Position numbers and translations under genes: made by a program. 64,000 nucleotides of DNA from Mobula hypostoma (taxonomy: Eukaryota). The DNA lies in NCBI RefSeq assembly GCF_963921235.1, contig NC_086099.1, positions 121,892,001-121,956,000 on the forward strand. The letters are read 5' to 3'. Under the pieces are notes generated by a model, which saw only the letters and a list, made by a program, of their open reading frames with translations, was not told where the DNA came from and did no database searches. Positions 1-12,240 of this stretch are shown piece after piece (within the stretch, counting starts at the first letter, position 1; each line of letters opens with the position of its first letter).

Positions 1-410
1 TAGAAAGGAAATGTGACTTTGACCATTAAGTGATGGTTGGTGCCAGCCAGAGTGGTTTGAGCATCTCAGAAACTGCTGATCTGCTGGCATTTTCATGCAC
101 AACAGTCTCTAGGGTTTACAGAGAATGGTGCAAAAACTAAACAAAAAATTTGGTGAGTAGCAGTGGCAGTTCTTTGGGCAAAAATGCTTTGTTAATGAGA
201 GAGTTCAGGGGAGAATGGCCAGACTGGTTAAGCTGACAGGAAGGTGACAGTAACTCAAATAATCACATGCTACAACAGTGGTGTGCAGAAGAGCATCTGA
301 ATGCAGATGTTGAACCTTAAGTGGATGGGCTACAACAGCAGACCACAAATATACACTCAGTGACCATTTTTATCAGGATGTGCCGAAAAAAGTGGCCACT
401 GAGTGTGTAC
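1..410 (+). mobile_element. Non-autonomous Tc1/mariner element (truncated by window start)
   Basis: Internal segment translates to a decayed Tc1 transposase HTH (MVGASQSGLSISETADLLAFS). Right TIR AAAGTGGCCACTGAGTG. Confidence 0.75.
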
Positions 411-1818
411 TATATTCAGCTGATGAAAAAATTTTCCAAAAGCATTTTAGTGTGTGTACAGCAAATGGATAGACTTAAAAGATGCTCAAAATGCAGAATA
501 TCCCAAGTATAAAGCTGGAGAATTATTTCTGCTGCTGTTCTGCTGTCTAACCTTATGAAGAATATTGAATATTCCACTGGACCTGTATGCTGGAATCAAA
601 TACTCAATGTAATTGGAAAATACATAGCTGAAATAAACTGCCCAGGTCATTTCACCAGAAGTCCATGAATGATAATTGAGGAGGGATCTCACTGAAATCT
701 GCCGATAGTGAAAGGCCAGGACCAAGGAGACAGGGAGATAACGTTTCCAATATTAACAGAGAGTATGATGCAACAGCACTGATAAATGGTGCATTTCACT
801 GTATATTTTGATGTACATGTGATAAATAAAGCTGATCTTTAATCTATAGAGTTGATCAATTCCTCATAATGTTGGGTTGGAGGACAAAGACAGGCTTTTT
901 TCTTTGCCTGCATGCACCAAGTCATAGTTATCTTTCTCTGCTTTCCTCTCGATTTGAATGAGTGCATGTGAACATCAAAAGAGTTTGTGTGGTGCATCTG
1001 AAGGCAGCTACATTGAGGTACAGATCAAAGCATCACAGCTCTCACTTTGTATTCAGGTCAGAGTACTCCGCATGAAATTAGTTCATCCTCCTGCAGGAAG
1101 TTCAGCAGCTCCCACCAACCAGCATAATTTCACTGTGTCACAATTGAAGGGGCAACCCTCCCACCCCCCCGCCTTAGAACTCATTTCTTTGATCTTGATC
1201 TCCAATGGACAACCCAGCCATCTGTTGGAGATCAAGATTAAGTCAAAGTTCAAAGTATAGGTATTATTGAGATATGTATGTATCACCATATACTACCCTG
1301 AGATTAATTTTCTTTTAGGCATTCATATTAGTTCAAAAAATACAATAGAGTCAGTGAAAATCTACACACAAAGACAAACAACCAACATTCAAAAGAGGAC
1401 AAACCGCATGAATTCAAAAATAATAATGAGAATATGCGTTGTTGAGTCCTTGAAATGACCCAATTGATTCTGGAATCATTGCAAAGTGAAGTTATCCATG
1501 TTGGTTCCGGATCCTAATGGTTGTGGGGTAATAACTGTTCCTGAACCTGGTGGCGTAGGACCTAAGGCTCCTGTAGCTCCTTCCCCAGATGTTCAGAGCG
1601 AGAAGAGAGCATGGTTAATATTGTTGCTGTAATATTCATCAACATGGGCGTGGTCTGCACGTCCCCCTCGATGTTCCTGCTCCCTCCCCCCCCCTCACAT
1701 CCCAAAGGTATGTCGACTGGTAGGTTAGCTGAAAACTGCTGTCAGTAGGTGTAGGGGATTGGCAGGACAACTATGGGAGTTGCTGGGCATAGGAAAGTCA
1801 ATAGATTCTATGAAAAAT

Positions 1819-2370
1819 ACACTCAGTGTTCACTTTAGTAGATACACCTGCTCGTTAATGCAAATATTTAATCAACCAATCATGTGGCAGGAACTCAATG
1901 CATAAAAGCATGCAGACAATGGTCAGGTTTAGCTGTTGTTGTTCACAACAAACATCAGAACGGGGAAGAAATGTGATTCAACTTTGTTGGTGGAATGATT
2001 GTTGGTGCCACTCGGGGTGGTTTGAGTATCTCAGAAACTGCCAATCTCCTGGGATTTTTATGCACAACAGTCTCTAGAATTTAGAGAGAATGGTGCAAAA
2101 TAAAATCCAACGAGTGACAGTTATGTGGAAGAAAACACCTTGATAATGAGAGAGGTTAGAGGAGAATGACCAGAATGGTTCAAGCTGACAGGAAGATGAG
2201 TGTAACTCAGATAACCATGCAGTGGTGTGCAGAACAGCATCACTGAATGTACAGGTCAAACCTTGAATTGGATGGATTACAACAACAGAAGACCATGAAC
2301 ATACAGAAATACTCTCAGTGACCACTTTATTAGATACAGAAGCACCTAATTAAGTGGCCACCGAATGCGC
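1819..2370 (+). mobile_element. Non-autonomous Tc1/mariner element, same family
   Basis: Degenerate TIRs CACTCAGTGTTCACTTTA / TAAGTGGCCACCGAATG and the same internal HTH remnant. Confidence 0.75.
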
Positions 2371-2449
2371 ATGTTGCTTACACCATTCCTATTCAACACT
2401 CTGTTAAGTAGGTTTGGGAACTGAATTACATCAGTCTCAATTACAAAGG

Positions 2450-3360
2450 GGCAAGCAAGATGGAAATTAATGTAAACAAGTGTGAGGTGTTGCACTTCGG
2501 GAGGACAAATCAGGGTAGGACTTACAGTGAGCTGTAAGGCACTGAGGAGTGTGGTAGAACAGAGGAATCGAATAATACAGATCCACAATTCCTTGAAAGT
2601 GGTATCTCGGCAGACAGGATTATAAGAAATTTTGACACATTGGCCTTCATAAATTTAAGTACTGAGTACAAGCATTGGGGTGTTATGTTGTATAATTTAG
2701 AGCAGTGGGCCTCAACCTCCGGGCCGCAAACCATGCAGGGGTGCAGCGGTAGCCGGGACGCACCCAGCACATCTTTAAGAAAAAAGCTGAAATAAACAAG
2801 CTAATTAATTAGGTGCCACTTGGCACGTAAATGTTGGCCCAGATCAGAGGCGACACCTAATTAATTAGCTTGTAGAAACTCAACCGAGGTGAGTTTAACC
2901 CTATTTGAACACCGCCACCCCCCCCCCCGGTGGACGGTCCGCAAGAATATTGTCAATATTAAAACGGTCCGCGGTGCAATAAAGGTTGGGGACCCCTGGG
3001 TTAGGACATTATTCCCTGGAGTGTAGAATGAGGGGAGATTTGATAGAGGTATACAAAATCATCAGCGATTTAGACAGAGCAAATGCTAGCAGGCTTTTTT
3101 CGACTGAGGCTGGATGAGACTGGAACTAGAGGTTACGGGTTAACGGTGAAATGTGAATTGCTTAACTACACTCAGCGGGTGGTGAGAGTGTGGAAAGAGC
3201 TGCAAGCAGAAGTGGTGGATATGAGTTTGATTGCAACACACGAGAAGTTTTGATCAGTATGTGGATTGGAGGGATTTAGGTGTAGGTAGGTGTGACTCGG
3301 CAGAATAACAGATTGACACAGATTAGATGAGATGAAGGGCCTGTTTCTATGATGTAGTGC
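2450..3360 (+). mobile_element. CR1 LINE 3' fragment interrupted by a hAT MITE
   Basis: KCEVLHFG-type RT C-terminal sequence and a CR1-type 3' end. Confidence 0.7.
2703..2998 (+). mobile_element. hAT (Charlie/Buster-like) MITE
   Basis: TIRs CAGTGGGCCTCAACC / GGTTGGGGACCCCTG. The right end is nearly identical to 27690-27758. Confidence 0.7.
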
Positions 3361-3849
3361 TGGATAACAATTTTGGCACTGCTCCTTTCTGGAGAGAATT
3401 GTATTCAATATTTGAAGAAGGGTGCCAAGTGGCAGATAACACAGAGAAACGCAAGGAAAAGGATGAAATTGCAATGAGATTAGTTTAAGCAATAAAGAAG
3501 TATGACTCAGACTGACTCACAGAGCAGTCATTTGACACTTCTGACCTCTGCAAGCATACCATTATGCAGTCTTTTTTAAGAAAATGAATACCGGTGTTGG
3601 GGTCATTCCGAATGCAACAGACTGAAGATCATTGAATACATACCTGAATGACTATAGCATTAGCTGTTATTCATTTTTAGTGTTTAACCACAGACAAGCA
3701 GACAACCAGGCATTATTACTTACTTACACTATTTGGAGGTCAGAGCGCAGCTCAGGCATTTTAATAAAGTAGGGTAAGATGTTCTGACATGCACAAGGAA
3801 AGATGGAACTTGGATGATAATCTTTAAGGTGATCTCCTGGAAGAATCAA

Positions 3850-4360
3850 CCAGAATCAGACTCTGAATTAATATCACTGGCATACAGTATGTCGTGAAAT
3901 TTGTTGTTTTGTGGCAGTACTATATTGCAACACAGAATTTAAAAACTATAAATTACAATAAGAAATATATAACATTAAAGTTAATTAGTGCAAAATAGTT
4001 TTGAGTGTGTGTCTTCAGGTTCCTGTGCCTTTTCTGCAATGGCAGCAATGGGAAGAGGGCATGTCCTGGGTGATGCAGGCCCTTAATGATGAATACTGCC
4101 TTTCTGCAGCTTTTTCCAATCCTGTGCAATGGCCCCTCTACACCAGACAGTGAAGAAACCAGTTAGAATGCTCTCCATAGTTCATGTGTAGAAATTTGTT
4201 AGAGTCTTTGGTGACATACCAAGTCTCCTCAAACTCAGAATGAAATTTAGCCTCTGTAATTCCATCAATACTGTATGTTGGCCCAGAACAGATCTTCAGA
4301 GATCTCCCGAAGTCCACAATCAATTCCTTTGTCTTACTGACATTGAGTGCAAGATTTTGA
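3850..4360 (-). mobile_element. Rex1/Babar-like LINE 3' fragment
   Basis: Similar in reverse to 58900-59590. Confidence 0.55.
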
Positions 4361-5585
4361 CAACACTAGAAGCACAAGATGTTAGTGGGCATTAGTTTCT
4401 GTGCTTTGTTGGTATAAACTGACACTTAGACATGCTCAACCACCTTAACTGCTGCTGAGAGATTATCCATTTGAGGATTCCATTGATTTGATCCACTCAA
4501 ACCTTGCTGGTTTTTCCATTGCATGGAGATTTCCATGAATGTTGCAGATCAGCACTTTAAAGACCTACATTGACAGTACACCTCACAGGCTCTGTGGGGA
4601 AAGTCCTGTAATTTGAAATATCCTCCTAGTGTAGACTGCATCGACATAAAAACTTCTCAAAAACTGCTCATCAAATATATAAATGAAAAGTAGATGGCAT
4701 GCTGAGTTAACGTAAACTTATAAACAAATGGAATATCTTACACTGTAAATGACAAATCTATTTATCCACACTGGGGGCCTTAAATACAGAATTAGCTAAA
4801 TGGTTTGGTTGAGATAAGGTCACTTTCTTTATTGTTAAGAGGTAATTCAAGATCATGAACGAATAAGGAAAATCTTGTCAGATGCATGATACATAAAGAA
4901 TTATCCAAAGAATCAGAGAAGCAGAAAGCTGGTGGGAGCAATCTTATTAGCAGCTTTAAAATCCTCATATTTATTGAAAAGAAGTTGTAGACAGGAGACA
5001 TGATTGGCTCTTCTAAAACAATGCCGCAATAGATCTAACATTGTTGATAAGCTTTATACACTTGTCATCACCTTTTTTCTATCATTCCCTTCTACCTACT
5101 GTAGCCCTACATTTTTCTATCATCCATGTGTCTATCCAAGAGTCTCCTAAATTTCTCTAATATATCTACCACCAGTGTGTTCCATGTACCCACCACTCTG
5201 TGTGAAAAAACTTACCTCTGACAACCCCCCCCCCCACTAAATTTTCATTCAATGTTAGCTAAGTTAATAACAATGCACATCCTGGATGTACATTTGCAAA
5301 GGTCAACAAAATTTAAATGTTTTTTTTGATTTGGGAAAGGAAAGCAGAAGATGATGATCTGTAGGAGGTGGGTTTTTAAAACTCTATGAGGAGTGAGAGT
5401 GTTCTTTGAATATTTTTACAGCAGAGATGGATTCTTGATAAGCCAAGCAGCAAAGAGGTAAGAGGTTCTCTGGGTAGGCTGCAGTCAGAGCAGCCATGTT
5501 AAACATCAGATCAGGCTCACGGTTAGCCGTGCCTCACCTTGGCCGGGAAATCAGATGCCAGATGTCGCCACCAGTTTGCCAGTGG

Positions 5586-5712
5586 GGGTGGCACAGTATA
5601 TTGTACAGCGCCAGCGACCCAGGTTCATTTCCTGCTGCTGACTGTGGGGAGTTTGCATGTTCACTCCATGGCCTCCAGTTTCCTCCCGGAGCTCTGGTTT
5701 CCCTCCACATCC

Positions 5713-5751
<39 letters not shown>

Positions 5752-5832
5752 TAGTAGGGGAAATAATCACATGGCTGTAATTGGGCGGCACAAGCTCAGT
5801 GGGCCGAATGGCCTGTTACAGTGCTGTCTCTC
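5586..5832 (+). mobile_element. tRNA-derived SINE (HE1/V-SINE-like) with internal (CA)n
   Basis: GGTGGCACAGT...GGTTCATTTCC head and GGAGTTTGCATGTT...GGTTTCCCTCCACATCCCAAA central domain. Confidence 0.65.
5717..5748. repeat. (CA)n microsatellite
   Basis: Directly visible. Confidence 0.95.
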
Positions 5833-6409
5833 CAAATTATTGCTAAGTACTGCTTTCACTGAGTTTAAAAAATCTGAACCTTGAGCTGAATTACTCATTC
5901 TCCTTTGCAAACACTTGGCGTATAACTGGGGTTAGCAGGTCACAAAGGTCTAATTGGGCAGCAGGGTCTCAACAGGCTGAATGGTCTGTTACCATCCCAC
6001 ATACAGTTTCACACTTCCCCTTACACTGAAATTAAAAATATATATAAACCCAAATTACTCATTCTGCTTGCAAACCCTCGACAGATAACTCAGGTTTAAT
6101 AGGTCAAATGGGTGTAATGGCCAGCACAGGCTCCATGGGCCAAATGGCCTGTTACGATGCTGTATGTCCAAATTATTGCCATGCACGTTTATACTTCCGA
6201 TTTCACCAGATTCCCAAACTTTAACCTGAATTACTCATTCTCTTGCAAATACTCGGAGTATACCCAAGGTTAATAGGTCACTGGGGTGTAATTGGGTGGT
6301 ACAGGCTCGACGAGTCATGTACTGCACCATGTACACAGTTTGACACTTCTACAGAGGTTTTATTAAAATATAAACCTGAATTACTCATTCTTCTTGCAAA
6401 CACTTGAGC

Positions 6410-7970
6410 CTGGGTCACAAGGTAAGAGCCCATGATATTACAGGAAAGATATCAATATGGATAAAGCATTGTTTGATTGGCAGGAGGCAAAGAGTGGGAA
6501 TAAAAGGAGCCTTTTCTGATTGGCTGCCAGTGACTAGTGGTGTTTCACAGGGGTCTGTGCTTTTTAAATCGTATGTCAATAATTTGGATGGCAGAATTTA
6601 TGGCTTTGTGGCCAAATTTACATACGATATAAAGCTAGGTAGCAGGGCAGGTAGTTCTGAGGAAGTAGAGAGGAAACATTAGGAGAATGGGCAAAATAGT
6701 TGCAGATGGAATATTGTGTCTGGAAATATATGGTCATGCATTTGGTAGAAGAAATAAAAGCATAGACTATTTTCTAAGTGGAGAGAAAATTCAAAAATTT
6801 GAGGTACAAAGGGTCTTGGGAGTCCTTGTGCAAGATTCCCTAAAGGTTAATTTACAGATTTGAGTCTGTGGTGTGGAAGGCAAATGCAATGTTTTCATTC
6901 ATTTCAAGAGGACTAGAATATAAAATCAAGGATGGAATGTTGAGTCTTTATAAAGCACTGGTGAGGCCTCACTTTGAGTATTGTGTGCAGTTTTGGGGCC
7001 CCTTATCTTAGAAAGGATGTGCTGAAACTGGAGAGGGTGCAAAGGAGATTCCGGGATTGAAAGGCTTGTCTTATGAGGAGCGTTTGATGGCTCTGGGCCT
7101 ATATTCATTGTAATTCAGAAGAATAAGAGGTAACCTCATTGAAATCTATCAAATGGTGAAAGGCCTTGACAGAGTGGATGTGGACAGAGTATTTCCTATG
7201 ATGGGAGAGTCTGAGACACAGCATCAGAATAGAGGGGCATCCATTTAGAAGTAATAAGGATGAATTCCTTTAGCCAGAAGTGTGGAAAATATGTGGAAAC
7301 TTTTTGCTACAAGTGGCTGTGGAGGTCAAGTCATTGGGTATACTTAAGGCAGAGGTTGATAGCTTCTTGATTAGTCAGGACATGAAGGGTTACAGTTAGA
7401 AAGCTGAAAGGGAAAATAGATCAGCCATGATATCAAGCAGTAGCAAATCAAGGGAACTGGACTTGCTGTGTTGTCTCAAAGACGTTTCTCCACTCATCCG
7501 AGAGGCTCCTTCAGTTCCAATCCATGGTGGGTAGTTTTCTGGTTTATAAACTCTGTGAGTTGTTTAAAGGTATAGCAAGCACTTGAGGGTCATCAAGAGT
7601 CATAGAGGTAATGAGAGTCATTAGTCTTATCTTTGCATGAATGTAGGTGTGAACTGTTGTGGAGACACTGGAGTAGAGATGTTAGGACTGCCTAGTAAGT
7701 AGCTGATTGGTGGTGTCATACCTCACCCCCTTTGTACAGGGATGGGTTTGAAAACTGAGAGTTTATAAACCAGAAAACTCTCCACCATGGATCAGAACTG
7801 AAGAAGCCTCCCAGATGAGAGGTGAAACATCTTACAGACAACACAGCAAGTCCAGTTCTCTTGATTTACTACTGCTTGAATAACAATGACCTGGATAACT
7901 GAAAACCTTCATAAACGATCAGCCATGATGAAATGGTGGAGCAGACTCGATGGACCAAATGGCCTAATTC
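6410..7970 (+). mobile_element. CR1 LINE 3' portion (decayed RT)
   Basis: ORF 6404-6682 contains WLPVTSGVSQGSVL...VAKFTYDIKLG (the SGVPQGS...KFADD motif of CR1 RT). Confidence 0.85.
7432..7916 (+). mobile_element. Penelope-like fold-back insertion (family 2) with 13-bp TSD
   Basis: GATCAGCCATGAT at 7419-7431 and 7917-7929. Inverted ~120 bp arms each carry a hammerhead-like core. Confidence 0.75.
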
Positions 7971-8457
7971 AATAGACAATAGGTGCAGGAGTAGGCCATT
8001 CAGCCCTTCGAGCCAGCACCTCCATTCACTGTGATCATGGCTGATCATCCACAATCACTACCCTTTTCCTGCCTTCTCCCCATATCCCTTGACTGCGCTA
8101 TCATTAAGAGCTGTATGTAACTCTTTCTTGAAAGCATCCGGAGAATTGGCCTCCACTGTCTTCTGAGGCAGAGCATTCCACAGATCCACAACTCTCTGGG
8201 TGAAAAAGTTTTTCCTCAACTCCGTTCTAAATGGCCTACCATTTATTCTTAAACTGTGGCCTCTGGTTCTGGACTCACCCAACATCGGGAACATGTTTCC
8301 TGCCTCTAGCGTGTCCAATCCCTTAATAATCTAATATGTTTCAATCAGATCCCCTCTCATCCTTCTAAATTCTAGTGTATACAAGCCCAGTCGCTCCAAT
8401 CTTTCAAAATATCCCGGGAATTAACCTCGTGAACCTACGCTGCACTCCCTCAATAGC
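7971..8457 (-). mobile_element. CR1 LINE 3' end
   Basis: ORF 8058-8318 reads TRGHSLRI...RKNFFTQRVVDLWNALP; (CTATTGT)-type tail. Confidence 0.85.
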
Positions 8458-8669
8458 AGTACTTGTATACCCTGGATTGATAGGTCACAGGGATATAATC
8501 AGGGGCCACAGGCTCGACGGGCCGAACGGCCGATTACTATGCCACGTACAGTTTCACACTTCCCCTTACATGGAGTTTTTTTTAAAAATACAAACCCGAA
8601 TTACTCATTCTTCTAGCAAACACTTGGTTTATAACCCGGGGTTCACATTCTTAGCTACTTAAAAAAACT

Positions 8670-9450
8670 GGACGATTTTCTCGCTAACTCTATCGGAAAC
8701 TAGGGGAGAAACCGTTAGCTGCGTGCGCACCCCAGCCAACCGCCGTTAAAGCTGCCTACGCGCCCGCCATAATATTCACGTGGCGTAGTGGAAGAGAATT
8801 TGAATTACTCACGGGGGGAGGGGGGAGGGGGGAGGGTGAAGACGTCAATCTTTGTCGTGAACCAATAGGTGGCCCGAGGCGCTGACATTCTTTGTGGGGA
8901 TTGGCTAGTTCGAGCGGCCGGCCCCCGCCTTCTGCCTGGTGGTAGGAGCGAGGGAGGCGCTTCTCCTTTTGTCGAGGGGAGAGCGGAGACGTCAATCACT
9001 GGAACTGAACCAATAGGTGGCGCGCAGTGGTGACGCTAATTGTGACGATTGGCCGTCCCGAGCGGTAGGGACCCGCCCTCTGCCTAGTGGTTGCGGAGCG
9101 AGGGGCGCGCCTTTCTTTTTCCGGTCGCCATCCAGTTGGGTTCAGATCGCCGGGGCGGGAGAGGCTATCACGACACAGCGAAGCACCAGTCACCCAGTCA
9201 GATCAACCAGAGCGGTGAGTACCGGGGGATCGGGCTTCACCGAGAGGCGCGGGATTGCTGCCCCTCGCCGCCTTGTGTGCCTGAGTTCAGTCAGCCTACG
9301 GTCATGAATGGACGCCGGAGCCTTTCTGGTGTGCGACTGACTGTTCACCGCGAAGCCGTTCTGAGAGAAAAACTATGTTCCCTTCTAACAAAATTCTGGC
9401 GATGCCGGCTGGAGTCCGTCGGTGAAAACAGAAAACACTATTGCCCTTCG
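8670..9450 (+). promoter_or_regulatory. CpG-island promoter of the glutamate carrier gene
   Basis: High CpG density. Motifs: E-box CACGTG 8777-8782; GACGTCA at 8841 and 8988; CCAAT at 8862 and 9010; ATTGG at 8900 and 9048; CCCGCC GC boxes; followed by a splice donor. Confidence 0.85.
9100..9214 (+). other. slc25a55: Non-coding exon 1 of the glutamate carrier gene (start approximate)
   Basis: Strong donor GCG|GTGAGT at 9214/9215, inside the CpG island and just downstream of CCAAT and GC boxes. The TSS cannot be determined from sequence. Confidence 0.7.
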
Positions 9451-12240
9451 AGCAATATATTCCGCCGGTCTCTTAATTTTAAACAGTCTCCCTCAAAAGA
9501 TAATTGGCCAGTCAGCCTTTTCTGAACTGCGCTCCCAAACTGCGGAATTCAATACCTAAAACTGTAAGCGACGCAGGATCAGTTGACCTTTTTAGACGCC
9601 AACTCAATACCCGTTGATTTAACGTTGCTTTAATTAACAATTTTGTCTTTTGTTTCCAAGTTTGCACTTTATGCCATCGTTTGTATGAAAGTGCTCTCTA
9701 TATAGGCTATTATCATTCCTGTCATTTTACTTTCAAATGGTAATACTGCATAACAAACCCTGTCACAATTCTGCGTCCTACTGAAATATTAAATTCCGAA
9801 TCCACGATACGTTTACTTGTCTACCATATTGGGACTGTACCCTTGTGAATTAGTAATCTACCGATTAATTAGTCATCGACTGATTCGTTTTCTGATTTTT
9901 AAATGCGGCTAAGTGCGTCAGTTAAATAATAACTTTTAAATCAGTTCGTAGCCTAACTGATTTTTTTAAAGTTGTCCGGTGTGCAAAGTGTACACCCGGT
10001 TAGACACTTGGGCAAGGAATATTGAATGACTTGCACCCAGAAACGGAAGGCTGTAACGGAAATTGGACTTTCAGTTACAAGCAGCAGGTTGGAGGTCTAA
10101 ATCTGCAATTACGGCACAGCAAGTGTGTACAACTTAAAAATTAGAGTTGATGTGGAGACGATGTTTCCTCTGGTGGGGGAGTTTAGGAACAGAGGCACTA
10201 TGGTGGGGAGGTCTAGGATCACAGCCGCAATAGAGGGACGTCCATTTAGAACAGATGAGGCGAAGGGTGGTTCATCTGGAATTCGTTGACATGAGTATAT
10301 TTAAAGCGGAGGTTGGAGACGGCAGAATGAGTGTGAAAGGGATAACAAATCATCCATGATAAAATGGTGAAGACTCGATGGGCCGAATGGCCTCATTCTG
10401 ATCCCGTGTTTAAAATATGAAATAATGAAAATAACACTGCAAATGTTCAAGCAGTTGGGATTCCTATAAGGAAGCATTGCTTCAACAGAATGATTTTCAT
10501 TTTTGTGAATGATTAAGTGCCTCTCTTGCCACAGATATCTTCCATATTTAAATAGAAAAAATAGTGGCCTTACATTAAATCCTATGTGTCTCAGCCGTTC
10601 CTTCCTCTTATCAGTTTTTCCCATGTAGGCACTGAACACTTCCCGGGCTTTGTTGTCCTTGGCTGCTTGTACCTGTGGCTATAGTTACTATAGGAATCAA
10701 AACAGATCCTGCCTGTGCATAATTGACATAAGAGTTGTGGCATACCAAGCTGATTATTGTCTGGCCACCTTGAGCCATGTCTACTGAAATCAAAGTAACA
10801 CATAGAAAACGCTGGAGGAAATCAGCAGGTCAGGCAGAGTCAATGGAAATGAATAAACAGTTGACATTTTGAGCTAAGACCCTTCTTCAACTGAAGTCAA
10901 TTGCGGTACCCCTGAATTGGATGCAATCAATTCATCTGGTGCAGTCTAAGAAATGACGCTGGAATCGTTATTGAATCGGAAGGTATTAGCTTTGAAGATC
11001 TGATGAAGCGGAATAATTAAGCAACCTCTTCTAAGTGACAAGCCATTCATTGGAAAAGCAATTTCCTTCAAGTAACCTGCCATCGTGGGCATGTGTACAG
11101 AAAGGTGTCAGGACAATTGGCAGCAATATCATGAAGGGTCTCACCCACTAACCTACCCCTCCACACAGTCAACCACCACTACCTAATCATTTCCTGTCAG
11201 TCACTTTATGGACAGACAATCTATGTATATAAGCTATTTTATATTTATATATAGTGTGTATTTTTTTATTATTTGTAGTTTTTTGTTGTATCGGGTCTGG
11301 CATAACAATTATTTCATTCTCCTTTACACTTGTGCACTGGATATGACATTAAACATCTTTGCTGAAGAAGGGTCTGGGTCCGAAGCGTCAACAGTTTATT
11401 CATTTCCATAGATGCTGCCTGGCCTGTTCAGTTCCTTCAGCTTCTCATGTATGTTGCAAACAATCTCGCGTCTTCATGCCTTTGATGCAAGTACAAGAGA
11501 ATAGAGTCTTGTCACATTTCACTCTGTTTGTATAAATGTCCTGTCAGTCAACACTGTTACCAGAGCTTTCATATTGAATATGGTAACCTCTTAAATGTGT
11601 TAATGAGGCAGGTACAATTCAGAAAGAAAGAAAATCTGGTGTATTATTTTTCTATGGCCTCGGATCTTATTTAAGATGCACTTAATCTTGTAGGCTGGAA
11701 ATAGCAGTGATGGTGAGCTGAAAGTCAATTTTAATGCATAGGGACAGGGCTGTGTGCTTCAGAATAATGCCATAGGTTCCCTTGTGTTTATAAATAAGCT
11801 CTTGAACAGTTCAACTAAAAAATGGTCCTGTCATTAGGAGCAGGAAGATTAATCTATTTTTGTATGTGGGTCTCTAGAGAGGACATGAACTTGGCTGTCA
11901 CCTTACTAGGGTAGGAGTTTGGCTCTGTGTGATGGATAAGCTATGCATGATACTGGGTGTTAACGGACGGGGCAAGAGACTATTTCTAAACTGATGGCTC
12001 TCGTTTTGAGATGCCAGCTGTCGTGAATCACATTTCAGTGGAGTGACAGCATGTTGAATAATTACAGATCATACGAGCATGAAATTCCATTTCCCAATAT
12101 ACCATGTGAATTGTATTCCGTGGTAATTCCGTACTCTAACCGGACTAGATAATTTTTTTTTTGAAAGTTTAGTTTTTATTGGTTGGATTTTTGTTACTCT
12201 TAGCAGTTTACAGTATTAATGCTATATTAATACCTTCAAG

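Larger units (their letters stand above)
5750..8650 (+). repeat. Degenerate tandem array of 150-176 bp units, split by ~2 kb of LINE insertions
   Basis: Anchor AATTACTCATTC at 5889, 6053, 6229, 6379 and 8599. Confidence 0.8.

Noticed and set aside
1047-1091. Possible minus-strand mini-exon (cctgcag|GAGGATG...AAA|gtgaga)
   Set aside because: It has stops in all three frames and a weak pyrimidine tract, with no further support.
5889-6410. Regularly spaced AATTACTCATTC motif resembling a CRISPR array
   Set aside because: The context is eukaryotic, the intervening sequences are homologous to one another, and there are no cas genes. It is a degenerate tandem repeat.
9017-9525. ORFs across the first CpG island
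   Set aside because: They have non-ATG starts and read through the exon-1 donor. The true start codon is at 15413.
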